DNA from: an uncultured Acidobacteriaceae bacterium
GTDB lineage: Bacteria; Acidobacteriota; Terriglobia; Terriglobales; Acidobacteriaceae
NCBI GenBank assembly: GCA_963789205.1
Contig: CAWBJV010000006.1
Coordinates: 277,865 to 341,864 of the forward strand
Direction of reading: 5' to 3'
DNA: 64,000 nucleotides
The translations under genes were made by a program, and so were the position numbers. The notes beneath the pieces are model-generated. The model searched no databases. It was not told the DNA's origin and saw only the letters and a program-made list of their open reading frames with translations. Below are positions 1 to 11,547 of the stretch, one piece after another; the stretch's first letter is position 1, and each line of letters opens with the position of its first letter.

Positions 1-5
1 TCGCA

Positions 6-3000
6 GTGTTTGCCGTGCTGGCTCTGACCTTCAGCGCATTTGCGCAGGTACAGAACGCCCAGTTTACCGGTACCGTGACCGATCCAACTGGCGCCGCGAT
101 CGCGAACGCCAAGGTTACGATCAGCAATCCGGCAACCGACCTGAACCTTTCCACCACCACCAATTCCAGCGGCAACTATACGGTGAAGGAGGTGCCGATC
201 GGCACCTACAAAATCACGGTCGAGGCTTCAGGCTTCAAGACGGTCTCCAATGCTGGTGTGACCGCGAACGCCGGCACCATCGCGCACGTCGACTTCAAGA
301 TGCTGATCGGTAAGGCTTCGGAGGTAATCGAAGTCACTGGCGAAGCTGCCGCCGTCAACACCGAAGATTCCAAGCTGGCCACCACAGTAAGTTCGACGCA
401 GATCAGCAACCTGCCTCTGAACGGCCGCAATGTGTTTGACCTGATGCAGTTGAGCGCGGGCGCTGTGAACGTCAATGGCGTTGACTTCGAAAACGGCCAC
501 GGCACGGTCGTTAACGGCGTGCGTGAGGACTTCAACGGCTTCCTCATCAACGGCGTGTCCAATAAAGGGCTGAGCGGCGGCGTGGTGAACGTGCCGATCC
601 AGGATTCCGTCGAGGAATTCCAGCAACTGCAATTGAACATGTCGGCGCAGTACGGCAACAGCGCCGGCGGCACGGTCAACCTCGTGACCAAGTCCGGCAC
701 CAACGCCTGGCATGGCAGCGGCTGGGAATACATCCGTAACGATGTGTTCGATGCCAACGAGTTCTTCGTGAAGGCGTCTCAGAATCCGCAGCCGCCCACC
801 CGGTTCAACCAGTTCGGCTTTACTCTGGGCGGCCCCATCATGAGGGACAAGCTGTTCTTCTTCCTCTCGATGCAAGGGGATCGCTACAGATCACAAGGTT
901 CGCCGGTTCCCGTCCTCCAGGACTCGCAGGCCTGGGAGCAGGCTGTAGTTGCGGCCAATTCGGGAGCGGGATCTCTCAATTCGACTGCTTCCTTGCTTTA
1001 CAGCGACTTCGGTAAATTGAACAACGGTACCCCCAGCGGTCTCACGGCAAACACCTACTTTGCCACCAACTACGCCACCGGGACACCCGACTTTGCTCCC
1101 GCTCTTTGCACGACTGGCGGCGTCGGGGGGTTCACGAACTTGCAGCATCGAAAGCTCGCCAACATTTTTGGCGTTACCGCGCAAGACTTGGCCAATATCG
1201 CGGCCGACAATGTGATTAACAACCCAAACAACCCGTACGGCCCAAATGGCCTGGGATGCACAGGCTTGCCCGGGATCCAGGGAGGTTCGCTGCCAACCCG
1301 GGATACCTCGATCCAGGAAAAAAGCGTCTCTACTTTCGGCACCCAGACGCAGAGCCTCGGCAATCTGTTCAATGGCAACGAAGCCTCGCTGCGCGTTGAC
1401 TACAACTGGAACGCGAATAACCGTCTTTACATCAACTACAACTACCTTCGTGAAACCGACAAATTCGGTCCAGCGAACATTGCGGCTGTGCGTGGCGGCG
1501 TGAGCTTCACGAACCCACAGCGCAGTAACTTCCCCGCAGGCACGTTCAGCTTTGTGCACACGTTCAGCCCATCGATCCTGAATGAGTTTCGTGCCGGTTA
1601 CCTGCAAAACAATACGAATACCAGCGTCAGCATTGGAGGCGTCCCGCAGATCCATTTCTCCAATGGCGCTCAGGTGGGATTCGGGTCCTACAACGGCTAC
1701 CCACAGAACTTCAAGGAGAACGTCTACACCTATTCCGACATGGTTTCGATCGGCCATGGGAACCACAACATGAAGGCCGGTGTCGATTTCCGCCGCAACA
1801 TTGAAAACAGCGAATTCAACGTCGGGCGATCCTCCTACTACTTCTACGACCAGGTCTTTTTCGCCGCAGACGCACCGTACTATCAGGCGGCCGGGGTGGA
1901 TCCCGGAATTTGCAAGCAGCCCTGTCCGGTGTCGGCCTACAACCCGACTCCCACCGGCCAGCTGGACACCAATGTTCGCCACTGGCGCAATTTGGAATTC
2001 GGCGCCTACTTCCAGGATGACTGGAAGGTCACCAAGCGCCTCACCCTGAACCTTGGCTTGCGCTACGACCTCTACCAGCGCCACCACGAAGAGGCTGGCG
2101 TTGCCACCACGTTTATTCTGGGTCCGAGCACGCCGAACGCGTTTATTCTGGGAGCGAGTAACGGCCTACTAAACGAGTTGTATAACGCCAACAATAAGAG
2201 CACATGCGTCGCTAACGGAGGTAATCTTGCATTAGCGCAGTTAGTCGGCGGCTGCGGTCCTGGCAGCGGCGGGTTTGCTCCATCAAATTCCCTCGGCCAA
2301 GGGGATCACAACAACTTCGGTCCGCGCGTCGGCTTTGCCTGGGATGTCTTTGGCGATGGCAAGACCTCCCTGCGCGGCGGCTTCGGCGTAGCTTACGAGG
2401 GCACGCTGTATAACCCGCTCTCCAACTCGCGTTGGAACCTTCCTTACTACTCGTTTAACGGCGCAGGCGCCGGCACCGACCAGCCCTCTGGTCAAAACAT
2501 CATCTACGGCCCATCCAGTCTTCAGGGCAGCATTTACGCGCAGGATTCGAGCCTGGTGCCTACTTTTAGTGGGTGTGGCACGAACGTCGGAAACACCGGA
2601 CCCTGCAACCAGGCCCAGAACCATGGCAACATCGAGGGATGGGACCCACATAACTCGAATCAGGCGCTGCTCACGGGAATCGTCTTCCCGAAAGGAGTCC
2701 GCGATCCCTACGTTTACAACTTCTACCTGGACATACAGCGCGAGATCATCCCGAAGACCGTCGTAGACGTAAAGTACGTGGGCACTGCCGGTCACAAGTT
2801 GTTCCGCGCAGAGGACGTCAACCGTCAACCGGGATCGCTCTTGCCTTTGGGCAGCACGATCGTAGACAACTTCGGCAGGACGTTGTTCGGATTGGGCGGC
2901 CGCTTGAATCAGAACTACGGTCGTCTGCGTGTGTGGGAGAACCAGGTCAACTCCAACTACAACTCGCTGCAGGCCTCGGTGAAGCACCAGATGTCTCACG

Positions 3001-3796
3001 GCTTGCTTTTCAACGCCGATTACACCTACAGCCACTCGATAGACTCAGGGTCAACCTGGCACAGTGGCGCCACCACTGCAAACGGCGCTGCTGGCGGCGA
3101 AGGTTTCACAAGCGATCAAACGCTCCCAGGCTTGGATCGTGGCAACTCGATCTACGACATTCGTCACCGCCTGGTTTTCAACTACGTCTGGCAGTTGCCC
3201 GGGCAAAACCTGAAAGGCGCAATGGGTGTAATCGCCGGAGGGTGGAGTCTGAACGGCATCTGGCAATTCCAGAGCGGCGCGCACTGGGAGCCATACACCA
3301 CGACGCCTGCCGACCTTGACGGTACCCTTGCGAATGGCAACTGTAGTGTGGCTGACGTTACAAACGGCCTATGCGTCAATGGAGGCGGTGACTTCAGCCT
3401 GAGCCACGGCAGGAACACCCGTCCCGATTCAACAATAAAGGGCTTCTCTGGCGCTAGCCACACCATGTGGGCGAACGGTTTCTACGGCGCAGCGGTTTCT
3501 CACCCTCGACGTTCTCCTCGCCCTGCTTGGGCTGCGCTGGCAACCTTGGCCGCAACACGTTCGTTGGTCCAGGGAACTGGTACGCGGACATGACGATGTC
3601 CAAGACCTTCAAAATCACGGAAAGGGTAAACTTTAAGTTTGACGCAAATGCCTTCAACGTGTTCAACCGTACCAACTTCCTCCTTGCCACCGCCGGTGGG
3701 GGAGCGAACAACAAGTACACCTCCTCAAACTTCGGTCAGGCGGCTGGCACTTTGACTCCTCGTGTAATGCAGTTTGGCGTGAAGGTCAGCTTCTAG
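6..3796 (+). pseudogene. TonB-dependent outer-membrane receptor with CarboxypepD_reg-like N-terminal domain. The frame is broken once near 3493 (true pseudogene or assembly indel). The 5' end is at or beyond the window edge.
   Basis: ORF 6..3593 has a signal-peptide end VFAVLALTFSAFAQ, an Ig-like 'FTGTVTDPTGAAIANAKVTISN...GNYTVKEVPIGTYKITVEASGFK', a plug-like 'LPLNGRNVFDLMQLSAGA' and a long Gly/Asn/Tyr-rich barrel. The canonical barrel end 'GNLGRNTFVGPGNWYADMTMSKTF...FDANAFNVFNRTNF...QFGVKVSF' (terminal Phe) lies in another frame (ORF 3467..3796). Confidence 0.8.
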
Positions 3797-3814
3797 CTGA
3801 GCTTGGCTAGTTCC

Positions 3815-3851
3815 AAAGGCTTGCTGCCGAGTTCCGGTAGCAAGCCTTTTT
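3815..3851 (+). terminator. Intrinsic terminator after the TonB receptor
   Basis: Stem AAAGGCTTGCT (3815-3825) pairs with AGCAAGCCTTT (3839-3849) and runs into a T tract. It starts 19 nt after the stop codon at 3794-3796. Confidence 0.6.
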
Positions 3852-3873
3852 CCTTTGCCGTAGAATCGGTGCG

Positions 3874-5034
3874 TTGGGGTGTCTTGTGTATAGAAGGTGG
3901 CGCGCCCTCGTCCTGCCCGTGCTCCTGGCATCTTTAGCCGTTCCCAGTTGCCTTATCGCCCAGCAGAACCAACTGGGGAAAATTATTGGAACTGTCCGAG
4001 TGGTGAAAGGCGATTTCCCTCCGCACGCCGTGTTGGTTTCCCTTGAAATGCGCGGCTCTCCCATTGCAAGCTCGTACTGCGATGACCAGGGGCGCTTCGG
4101 CTTCTATAGCCTGGTGGCGAACGACTACGAGGTTTCGGTCGATGACGATGCTTATGAGCCCGTTCGCGTAACGACCGCGGTGGACCCGTCTCTGGCACCG
4201 TTGAATTTCGTAGATATCCGGCTAACTCCGCGCGCCAATGCCAAGAAAGATCCCCTCCCCGGCCGCGTCGAGGGCAGCAACCCGTATCTTATCGATCTTG
4301 CTGAATACTCTCGGCAATTCCCGAAAAAGACTCTCAAGGAGTTTGACAAGGGAGTGGAAGCGGACCACCAAGGAAAGACGGACAACGCGATGCAGCATTA
4401 TGAGAAGGCTCTGAGCTATTCGCCGGGTTTTTATCCAGCGCACAACAACCTAGGGTCCGCGTATCTAGCCCGGCAGGACTTCGACGCGGCCCAAACCCAG
4501 TTTGAAGCAGCCCTCAAGGGAAATCAGAATGATGCACAACTGTATTTCAATCTCGCCAACGTGTTACTGCTGACGCGGCGCTACTCCGCCGCCGAACGCG
4601 AGATCGAAGACGGATTGCGGCGGCAGCCGGATTCCGCGTTTGGACACTTCCTGCAGGGATCAGTGTATTCACGCACCGGCCGGCCCGAATTGGCGGAGAA
4701 GAGCTTGCAGAGTGCGCTACAGCTTGATCCCAAGATGGCCCAAGTGTATCTGCAACTGGTAAATCTGTATCTACAACAGAAGCGCACGCCCGAGGCAGTC
4801 GCTGAACTCGAGGCCTACCTCAAGGCCTTCCCCGATTCGCCTCTTTCCGCGAAGGTGCGGGGGACATTGAAGAGGCTGCAGGGAGAGGCTTCCTCGTCCG
4901 CAAAGCCGAGTAACGTGGAGATTATGGTCGGAGTCCCGTGCGACTCCGTCGACCGCTCAGAGAGGAGGCTCACACGAGGCGCCCGTCTCTCCACCGTATC
5001 ACGCGGTACGGTCCTAGTCCAAACGTGCCGATGA
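3874..5034 (+). CDS. Secreted TPR-repeat protein with CarboxypepD_reg-like N-terminal domain
   Basis: 386-aa ORF with a signal-like VLPVLLASLAVPSCLIAQ and 'IIGTVRVVKGDFPPHAVLVSLE...GRFGFYSLVANDYEVSV'. It then has at least 5 TPR-like repeats (e.g. AMQHYEKALSYSPGFYPAHNNLGSAYL). Its stop overlaps the next start (ATGA at 5031-5034). The last ~40 aa look non-native, so the true 3' end is uncertain. Confidence 0.65.
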   Translation: MGCLVYRRWRALVLPVLLASLAVPSCLIAQQNQLGKIIGTVRVVKGDFPPHAVLVSLEMRGSPIASSYCDDQGRFGFYSLVANDYEVSVDDDAYEPVRVTTAVDPSLAPLNFVDIRLTPRANAKKDPLPGRVEGSNPYLIDLAEYSRQFPKKTLKEFDKGVEADHQGKTDNAMQHYEKALSYSPGFYPAHNNLGSAYLARQDFDAAQTQFEAALKGNQNDAQLYFNLANVLLLTRRYSAAEREIEDGLRRQPDSAFGHFLQGSVYSRTGRPELAEKSLQSALQLDPKMAQVYLQLVNLYLQQKRTPEAVAELEAYLKAFPDSPLSAKVRGTLKRLQGEASSSAKPSNVEIMVGVPCDSVDRSERRLTRGARLSTVSRGTVLVQTCR

Positions 5035-7102
5035 TAAACTTTTTCTACCCTATGTTCCTGATCCGCCGTTTGCTGTGCCTTGTTTGCTCGGTGGCGAGTG
5101 CGATGGCCGGTACCTCCACGCCTCCGCCTGCGAAGCCACAGCCGCCTAACGTAATCCTGATTACACTCGATACGACACGCGCCGACCGGATGGGCTTCCT
5201 CGGCTCAAAACGCGGGCTGACGCCAAACCTCGACGCTCTCGCGCGTCAGTCCGTCGTCTTCACCCACGCCTACTCCCAGGTTCCGCTCACGACGGCGTCG
5301 CACGCCACCATTCTCACAGGCACGTATCCACAGTTCCACCAGGTAAACGACTTTGGGGTACCGCTGGCCGAGGACCTGCCCTACGCTCCTTACATCTTTC
5401 GCGGCAACGGATATCATACGGCGGCGTTTGTCGGCTCGCTGGTGCTCGATCCAGCCACACGGTCGGCTCCCGGTTTCGAGCGTGGATTCGACACCTACGA
5501 TGCCGGCTTCCACCGGCGGCACCAGGGAGAAGACCGTTACCAGGCCATCGAACGCCGCGGCGGTGAAGTCATCGGACGCACGCTGGAGTGGCTGACCACA
5601 CACTATGAGGGGCCGTTCTTCATCTGGGTGCATCTCTACGACCCGCACGACCCCTATGACCCTCCCGAGCCCTACAAGACCAAGTACGCTTCCGCGCCTT
5701 ACGACGGCGAGATTGCGTACGCCGATGCCGCGGTGGGCAAACTCCTCAGTTGGTTGCGCCTGCGGGGTCTTTATGACGGCGCGCTGATTGCCGTCATGGC
5801 CGATCATGGCGAGGCCTTGGGCGAACACGGAGAGACCACGCACGGGATTTTTCTCTACGATGAGACCATTCGGGTGCCGTTGCTGTTCAAACTGCCGCGA
5901 GAACGCTCTGCCGGAAAACGAATCGAGAGCCGCGCCGGGCTGGTCGATGTCCTGCCGACCATCCTGGAGGCGGTGGAAATTGCGATTCCGCATGACGTGC
6001 AGGGGGAATCTCTTCTTAGCATGTTGAAGCCGGCGATATCGAAGCCAACGGCGTTGAAGCCTACCGCCGCAGGCCAGGCGGGAACAGCGGCCAGCAAGGC
6101 TCCTGAGGCGACTCCAGATCGCCCAGCTTACGCGGAGAGCGATTATCCGCACCGTACTTTTGGATGGAGTTCGCTGCGGGCGCTCCGTACGGGAAAGTAT
6201 CTTTTCATTGAGGCTCCGCACAAAGAACTCTATGACCAATCAGCGGATCCGAAGGCGGAGCATAATCTATCCACTACGTCCGTAGCCGTCACCAATACGC
6301 TGGCCAGCCAGCTCGATGCGTTCCGGCAAAAGACTGGCACGGCAAAAGAAGCGCCGAAAGTAAGTGCAGATCCCGATCTCCAGGAAAGATTGAACGCGCT
6401 GGGGTACGTGGCATCGGATAGCAGCGCTTCAGCCGCGCTCGGCATCAAGGACACCGGGGCCGATCCGAAGGACAAGGTTGAGGTCGTAAACTGTTGCACC
6501 GCGCCGAGATGTTCAAAGAAGACATGCACTTCGCGGAAGCGGTGCCACTGCTCGAGCAGGTGATCGCGCTGGAGCCTAACCTGCCGATCACTTATCTTCA
6601 ACTCGGTACAGCCCTGAGTTCGCTGAAGAATTACGAAAAGGCGGTACCGATATTGCGCAAGGCCGTGGAAATGCGTCCGGACTTGACCGTTCCGCGATAC
6701 CAGTTGGGCTCGGCGCTGTTCGAGACCGGAGATTTCGCGGCGGCAGCGGTACAGTTTGAGACCGCCGTGGCTCGCTCTCCGAACTGGCCCGAAGCGCATC
6801 TCTCACTGGCGACCGCCTACGCGCGAGCTGGCCGGCTGACGGACGCTATACCGGAGTACACAAAAGTCATTGAACTCAGGCCGAACCACTACAGCGCACA
6901 CCTGCTTCTGGGGCGAGCCCTGGCTCTCACGGGAAATCCGGCGGCCGCCGTGCCGAACCTGGTGAAGGCGGCTGAGCTTCAGCCCAAATCGCCCGAGCCG
7001 CACACGTTTCTGGCCGACGCGTACGTCCAGTTGGGACAGCAGGCCGATGCGGACCGGGAGCGAGCGGAAGCCCAGCGCATGAGAGTGGGCGGCAAGCGGT
7101 GA
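5031..7102 (+). pseudogene. Sulfatase-fold (alkaline phosphatase superfamily)/TPR fusion protein, paralogue A. One frame change near 6488.
   Basis: ORF 4938..6563 has a likely start at ATG 5031 (MINFFYPMFLIRRLLCLVCSVASAMA). Core motifs are NVILITLDTTRADRMG, PLTTASHATILTG, DPHDPYDPP and ADHGEALGEHGE. The TPR part continues in ORF 6494..7102. Paralogue D reads DPKDKVEVQNLLHNA where this copy switches frame (DPKDKVEVVN / LLHRAEM). Confidence 0.75.
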
Positions 7103-7130
7103 CTGGTCTGAAGGCGAAAGCGACCGCGCG

Positions 7131-9431
7131 TCAGTTCGCTGGCACGAATTTGCAAAATGTTTCGTCGAGGTTGCAGGCTGCCGCGTATTCCTCATGCGCT
7201 TTTGCGTGGTGCAAAAGTTGATGGGCATAGGCAAGGTTAGTCAGAGGTTCACCTGGGAGTTGCGCCGCAGAACTTTGCTTCAAGCTGGCAAGCGATGGCG
7301 TACTCGGTACGCGCCTGGCTGGTTTTCCCGACTCGCTGATAGGCGTAGCCAGGTTAAGGTGCGCTTCCGCCAGTTTCGGATCAAGCTCAATGGCGCGCTG
7401 AAACTCACGGACTGCTTTTGACATTCGATTCGTCCGGCTATAGCAGATGCCGAGGAAGTTATGCAGCTGCGCGTCTTCCAGCCCGAGTGCATCGCTTTCT
7501 CCAGGTGGGTCGCTGCGGCGGCATAGTCTTTCTGCTGAAAGAGCACCATCCCCAACTGCGTTGTCCCGGCGAAAAATTAGGCTGGATGGCAATCGTCTTC
7601 TCATACGCGGACTGGGCCGCTGCCGGATCGCTCCCCGCATCCAGCAACCCCAACTGATACCAGGCCCGGTAGTTCTGCGGGTTGCTCTGCAAGGCCTTGT
7701 CGAGCCAGCTTTTCGCCTCGTCCGCGCGGCCCAGCTTCGCCAGGGCCCGCGCCAGGCCGGTCATGGCATTGTCGAAGTTTGGATTGAGCTCAAGGCAGCG
7801 CTGCAGTTGATCGGCGGCGCGTTCCCAGTTCTGCCGCCGCAAGGCTGACTCGCCCAGCAGGAAAGGAATCACGTAGATTTGTGGATCCTTTTGCTGGACC
7901 TCGGTGAGCAGAGCCTCTGCCTGATCGTCTTCCTTGCGCTGAAAAGCGTCCTCGGCTTTCAGGATGGAGTTAAACTCCCACAACTTGTCCTTGGGATCGG
8001 CGAGCCCTTGCTTGAGCGACTCGGCGGAAACTGCGGCGCGAAATCCGAAGTAGCCCAGAGCGCGTAATTTCTCCTGCGCGTCGGGATTCAGGTTTCCAGC
8101 ACCCGCATCCTGACGCGTGAAAGGATTGTGGGCCAGAAGCGCCTGCATCTTTTCCCGAAATACGGCAACCGTGGCGGGTTGCTGGGCAGCGATGTTCAGG
8201 GTTTCTCCGGGATCGGTTTCCAGATCGTACAACTCCGGCTTGGGCGCCTCGATAAAGTGAAAACGCTCACTCTCGAGCGCGTGCAGCGGGCTCCAACCGA
8301 AAGAACTGAAGGGATAAAAAGTCTCGCTATAAGCCAGATCTTGGGCTTTTGCAGTTTGATTCGCCGGCGAACTCCCTGGCTGATTCGTGGCTGACTGTCA
8401 AAGTTCCTAACAGAGCATGCGACTGGAACTGCGCATGGATCGTATTACCCGGATCCTTTACGCCGGCCAGTTGCAGAAGAGTCGGGGCCACGGCCGTGGT
8501 CTCCACGGGATCGCCGTGACGGCCAGCCGGAATGCCGCTGCCGGCGGGCGGTTTCACGATCAGCGGCACATGTACCGTGGCGTTGTACACAAAGAAACCG
8601 TGCTCGTCTTCGCCGTGTTCCCCGAGAGACTCGCCGTGATCGCTGAGGGCAACGATCAGCGAAGAATCATAAAGGTGATTCTGCTTGAGCCATGACATCA
8701 GGTTTCCGAGTTCGTGATCCGCGTAGGCGATCTCGCCATCGTAGAGGTGGCCGCGATACTCGGTACGGTAGGGTTCTGGAGGATCGTACGGGCTGTGCGG
8801 GTCGTAAAGATGCAGCCAGAGAAAAAACGGGCGTCGCGGAGTTTTCTTCAACCACGCGATGGCATGCGCCACGCTCTCCCCGGCGCGACGGTCCACCAGC
8901 CCGGTATCTTTTTTCTCGAAGGTTTCCGCCGAAAATGCATCATCGTAAAAGTCGAAACCGCGCGCCAGTCCCCAACTCCGGTCGAGAACAAAGGCGCTGA
9001 CCACGGCTCCGGTGGCGTAACCCGCCTGCTGGAAAGCCTGCGCCACGGTGCGAAATTGCTGCGCCAGCGGCTGCCCGGTGAAATCCTGCACGCCGTTCTG
9101 AAAAGGATAAGTGCCGGTCAGGATCACCGCATGCGAAGGCCAGGTAAGCGGAACCTGCGAGATCGCCCGCTCAAACACGACACCGTCATGCGCCAGCGCA
9201 TCAAGGGTTGGAGTCTTGACCATCTGCGCTCCATAGCATCCCACGTGGTCGGCGCGCAGGGTATCGATGGTGATCAATATGACGCTGGGTTTCGTAGAAC
9301 CGGCTCGCGCTGCTGCTGTTTGCTGGCACTGGCTTGGTCGCAATGGCCTGCGCGAAAGTTGTTACGCCGAGAGCCGGCATGATCGCGATCAAGCAACAAG
9401 TAAATAAGAAAGTTGAGAGGCGCCTGAACAT
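7131..9431 (-). pseudogene. Sulfatase-fold/TPR fusion protein, paralogue B. At least 5 frame changes.
   Basis: Fragments lie in shifting minus frames. They are the signal peptide MFRRLSTFLFTCCLIAIMPALG (9201..9431), the core (8327..9343: VILITIDTLRADHVGCYG, PLTWPSHAVILTG, SDHGESLGEHGE), the linker plus TPR (7459 to ~8395: AYSETFYPFSSFGWSPLHAL...ELYDLETDPGE), and TPR fragments 7280..7555 and 7131..7640. Confidence 0.7.
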
Positions 9432-9435
9432 GCGT

Positions 9436-11447
9436 CTATTGCGGCGCCGGTTGCTGGTGCGCGCGCCGCGTCTCCTCGTCTGCCTCCGCCGTGAGTCCTT
9501 TGGCGGACAGCGCCTTGGCTAACGACTCGTGCATGATCGGCTCTTGCGGCGCTAACTCGACGGCGCGACGCAGCTCCACAATGGCGTCGTCAAGTCTGTC
9601 CAGGTAGAGCAGGGTCTCGCCGAGGGCGCGATGTCCACGCGCAAACTCCGGATAAATCGTAACCGATTGCCGGAGCGCTGCCGCCGCCGGCTCCAATTGC
9701 CTTTTCTCTATGAACGCCACTCCCAGATTGTAGGCAGCTTCGAAATTGGTGGCATCCAGTTGCAGTGTCCGCTGCAGCGTCGTGATAGCGGCATCGATCT
9801 GGCCGGCGTGGGCCTGCGCCATGCCGAGATTAAAAAAGGCAAGCGCGTAGTCAGGACTGAGCTGAACCGTCTTTTGCAGCTCCTCCACCGCCTCGGCAAA
9901 CATCTTGAGGCGGTAGAAATCGAGGCCCTGCAGATAATGTGCCGGAACAGAGTTGGGCTCGGTCTTGATTACACTCTTCAGCTTTTCGATCGACTCCTGA
10001 TAACGGCCGTGCTGGCTGTCGGCGATTGCGTCGGAAATCAACTCGTAGGTGACGACGCGGTCTTTCGGGTCCGGCAGATTGCGGCTGCTGATGGTCGGAT
10101 CGGTGCTGGTTGGATCACCGCCCCCGGAAAACCCCGCATACCCCAGCGCCTTCAATCGTTCCATCAGCGCCGGATCCAATCCGGTTTTTTCCGCCATTTC
10201 TTTTCCCGCGCTGTAATCGCGGATCAAGCTCACGAGCTTGGCGCGCATCTCCTCGGCGACTGCTTTCTTTTCGGCGAACAGATTGTGAACTTCGCCCGGG
10301 TCCTTCGCCAGATCGTAGAGCTCCGGTCGAGGCGCGTCGATGAAGTGATATTTTGTATTCTCCGAGCCCCGGAGTTCGCTCCAGTTAAAGTGAATCCGCG
10401 GCATGAAGGTTTCTCCATAGAGGACGCGGTCGCGGTTGGCTTGTCGCTGCGGTCTCGCCCGGTGCGGTTGTCGCGAAGTTCGGCAAGCAGGCTGCGTCCT
10501 TGCACTTGCGACGGGATCTCTAGCCCGACGGCGCCGAGAACGGTGGGCATCAGATCGACAAGCGAAGCCGGGTCGGCAACCGTGCGTGCCGCGGCATTTT
10601 CCGGCAGCCGATTCTCTGGCAATCGAATAATCAGGGGCACATGCATGGTGGCGTTGTAGATAAAGAAACCGTGCGTCTTTTCGCCATGCTCTCCCAGGCT
10701 TTCGCCGTGGTCGCCGCAGAGCACGATCACCGTGTTCTGATAAATCCCTTTCTCTTTCAAAAACCGGAGAAGCCGCCCGACCTGCTCATCTGCGAAAGCG
10801 ATCTCGCCATCGTAGGGCTGCGCCAGATATTCGCGACTGTAAGGCTCGGGCGGATGATAAGGAAAGTGTGGATCGTAGAGATGCATCCAAAGAAAAAACT
10901 TCTTTTGCGAATTCTTCGCCAGCCAGTCCAGCGCCACATCGGCCACAACATTGCCAGGGCGCTCCATCTCATCGAGATTGGCTTCGTCCAAGCGGCTAAA
11001 GTCGAAGTGGTCGTAATAAAAATCAAATCCCTGATTCAGTCCAAAGCGCGAGTCCAGCACTGCCGCGCCGATTACCGCTCCCGTCTGGTATCCGGCCTGT
11101 TTGAGAACCGAAGCCAGCGTGGGCTGAAGCGGGCTGAGCTTGTTGCCGCTGAAGTCATGCATGCCGCTCAACATGGGATAGGTTCCCGTCAGCATCGAGC
11201 TGTGCGAGGGCAGCGTTACGGGAACAACCGCGAAGGCGCTCTCGAAGCGCACTCCATCCGCAGCCAGGCCGTCGATGTTGGGAGTCTTGATCTGCTTGTA
11301 TCCATAGCAGCCAAGATGATCGGCGCGCAGCGTATCAATCGTGATCAGGACCACATTCAGCGCGGGCTTTGCGGGCGTTTGCGCTGCCGCATAAAGCGCG
11401 GTGAGGGCCGTTAGAATGAGAATTGATCGACGAAAAGTGGGCACCAT
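9436..11447 (-). pseudogene. Sulfatase-fold/TPR fusion protein, paralogue C. One frame change near 10.44 kb.
   Basis: ORF 10230..11681 has a likely start at ATG 11447 (MVPTFRRSILILTALTALYAAAQ). Core motifs are VVLITIDTLRADHLGCYGY, PVTLPSHSSMLTG and GDHGESLGEHGE. It continues in ORF 9436..10404 (..RVLYGETFMPRIHFNWSELRG..PELYDLAKDPGE.., then TPRs). It ends 4 nt before the start of paralogue B. Confidence 0.75.
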
Positions 11448-11547
11448 CGGTGAGTTCAGTTTATCGCATGTTATCCCTGGAAAGACGCGAACGCGGGCGC
11501 TGGTAGAGGCCGAACTCCGCGGAAAGATTGTGATAGGCTGGGCGCTT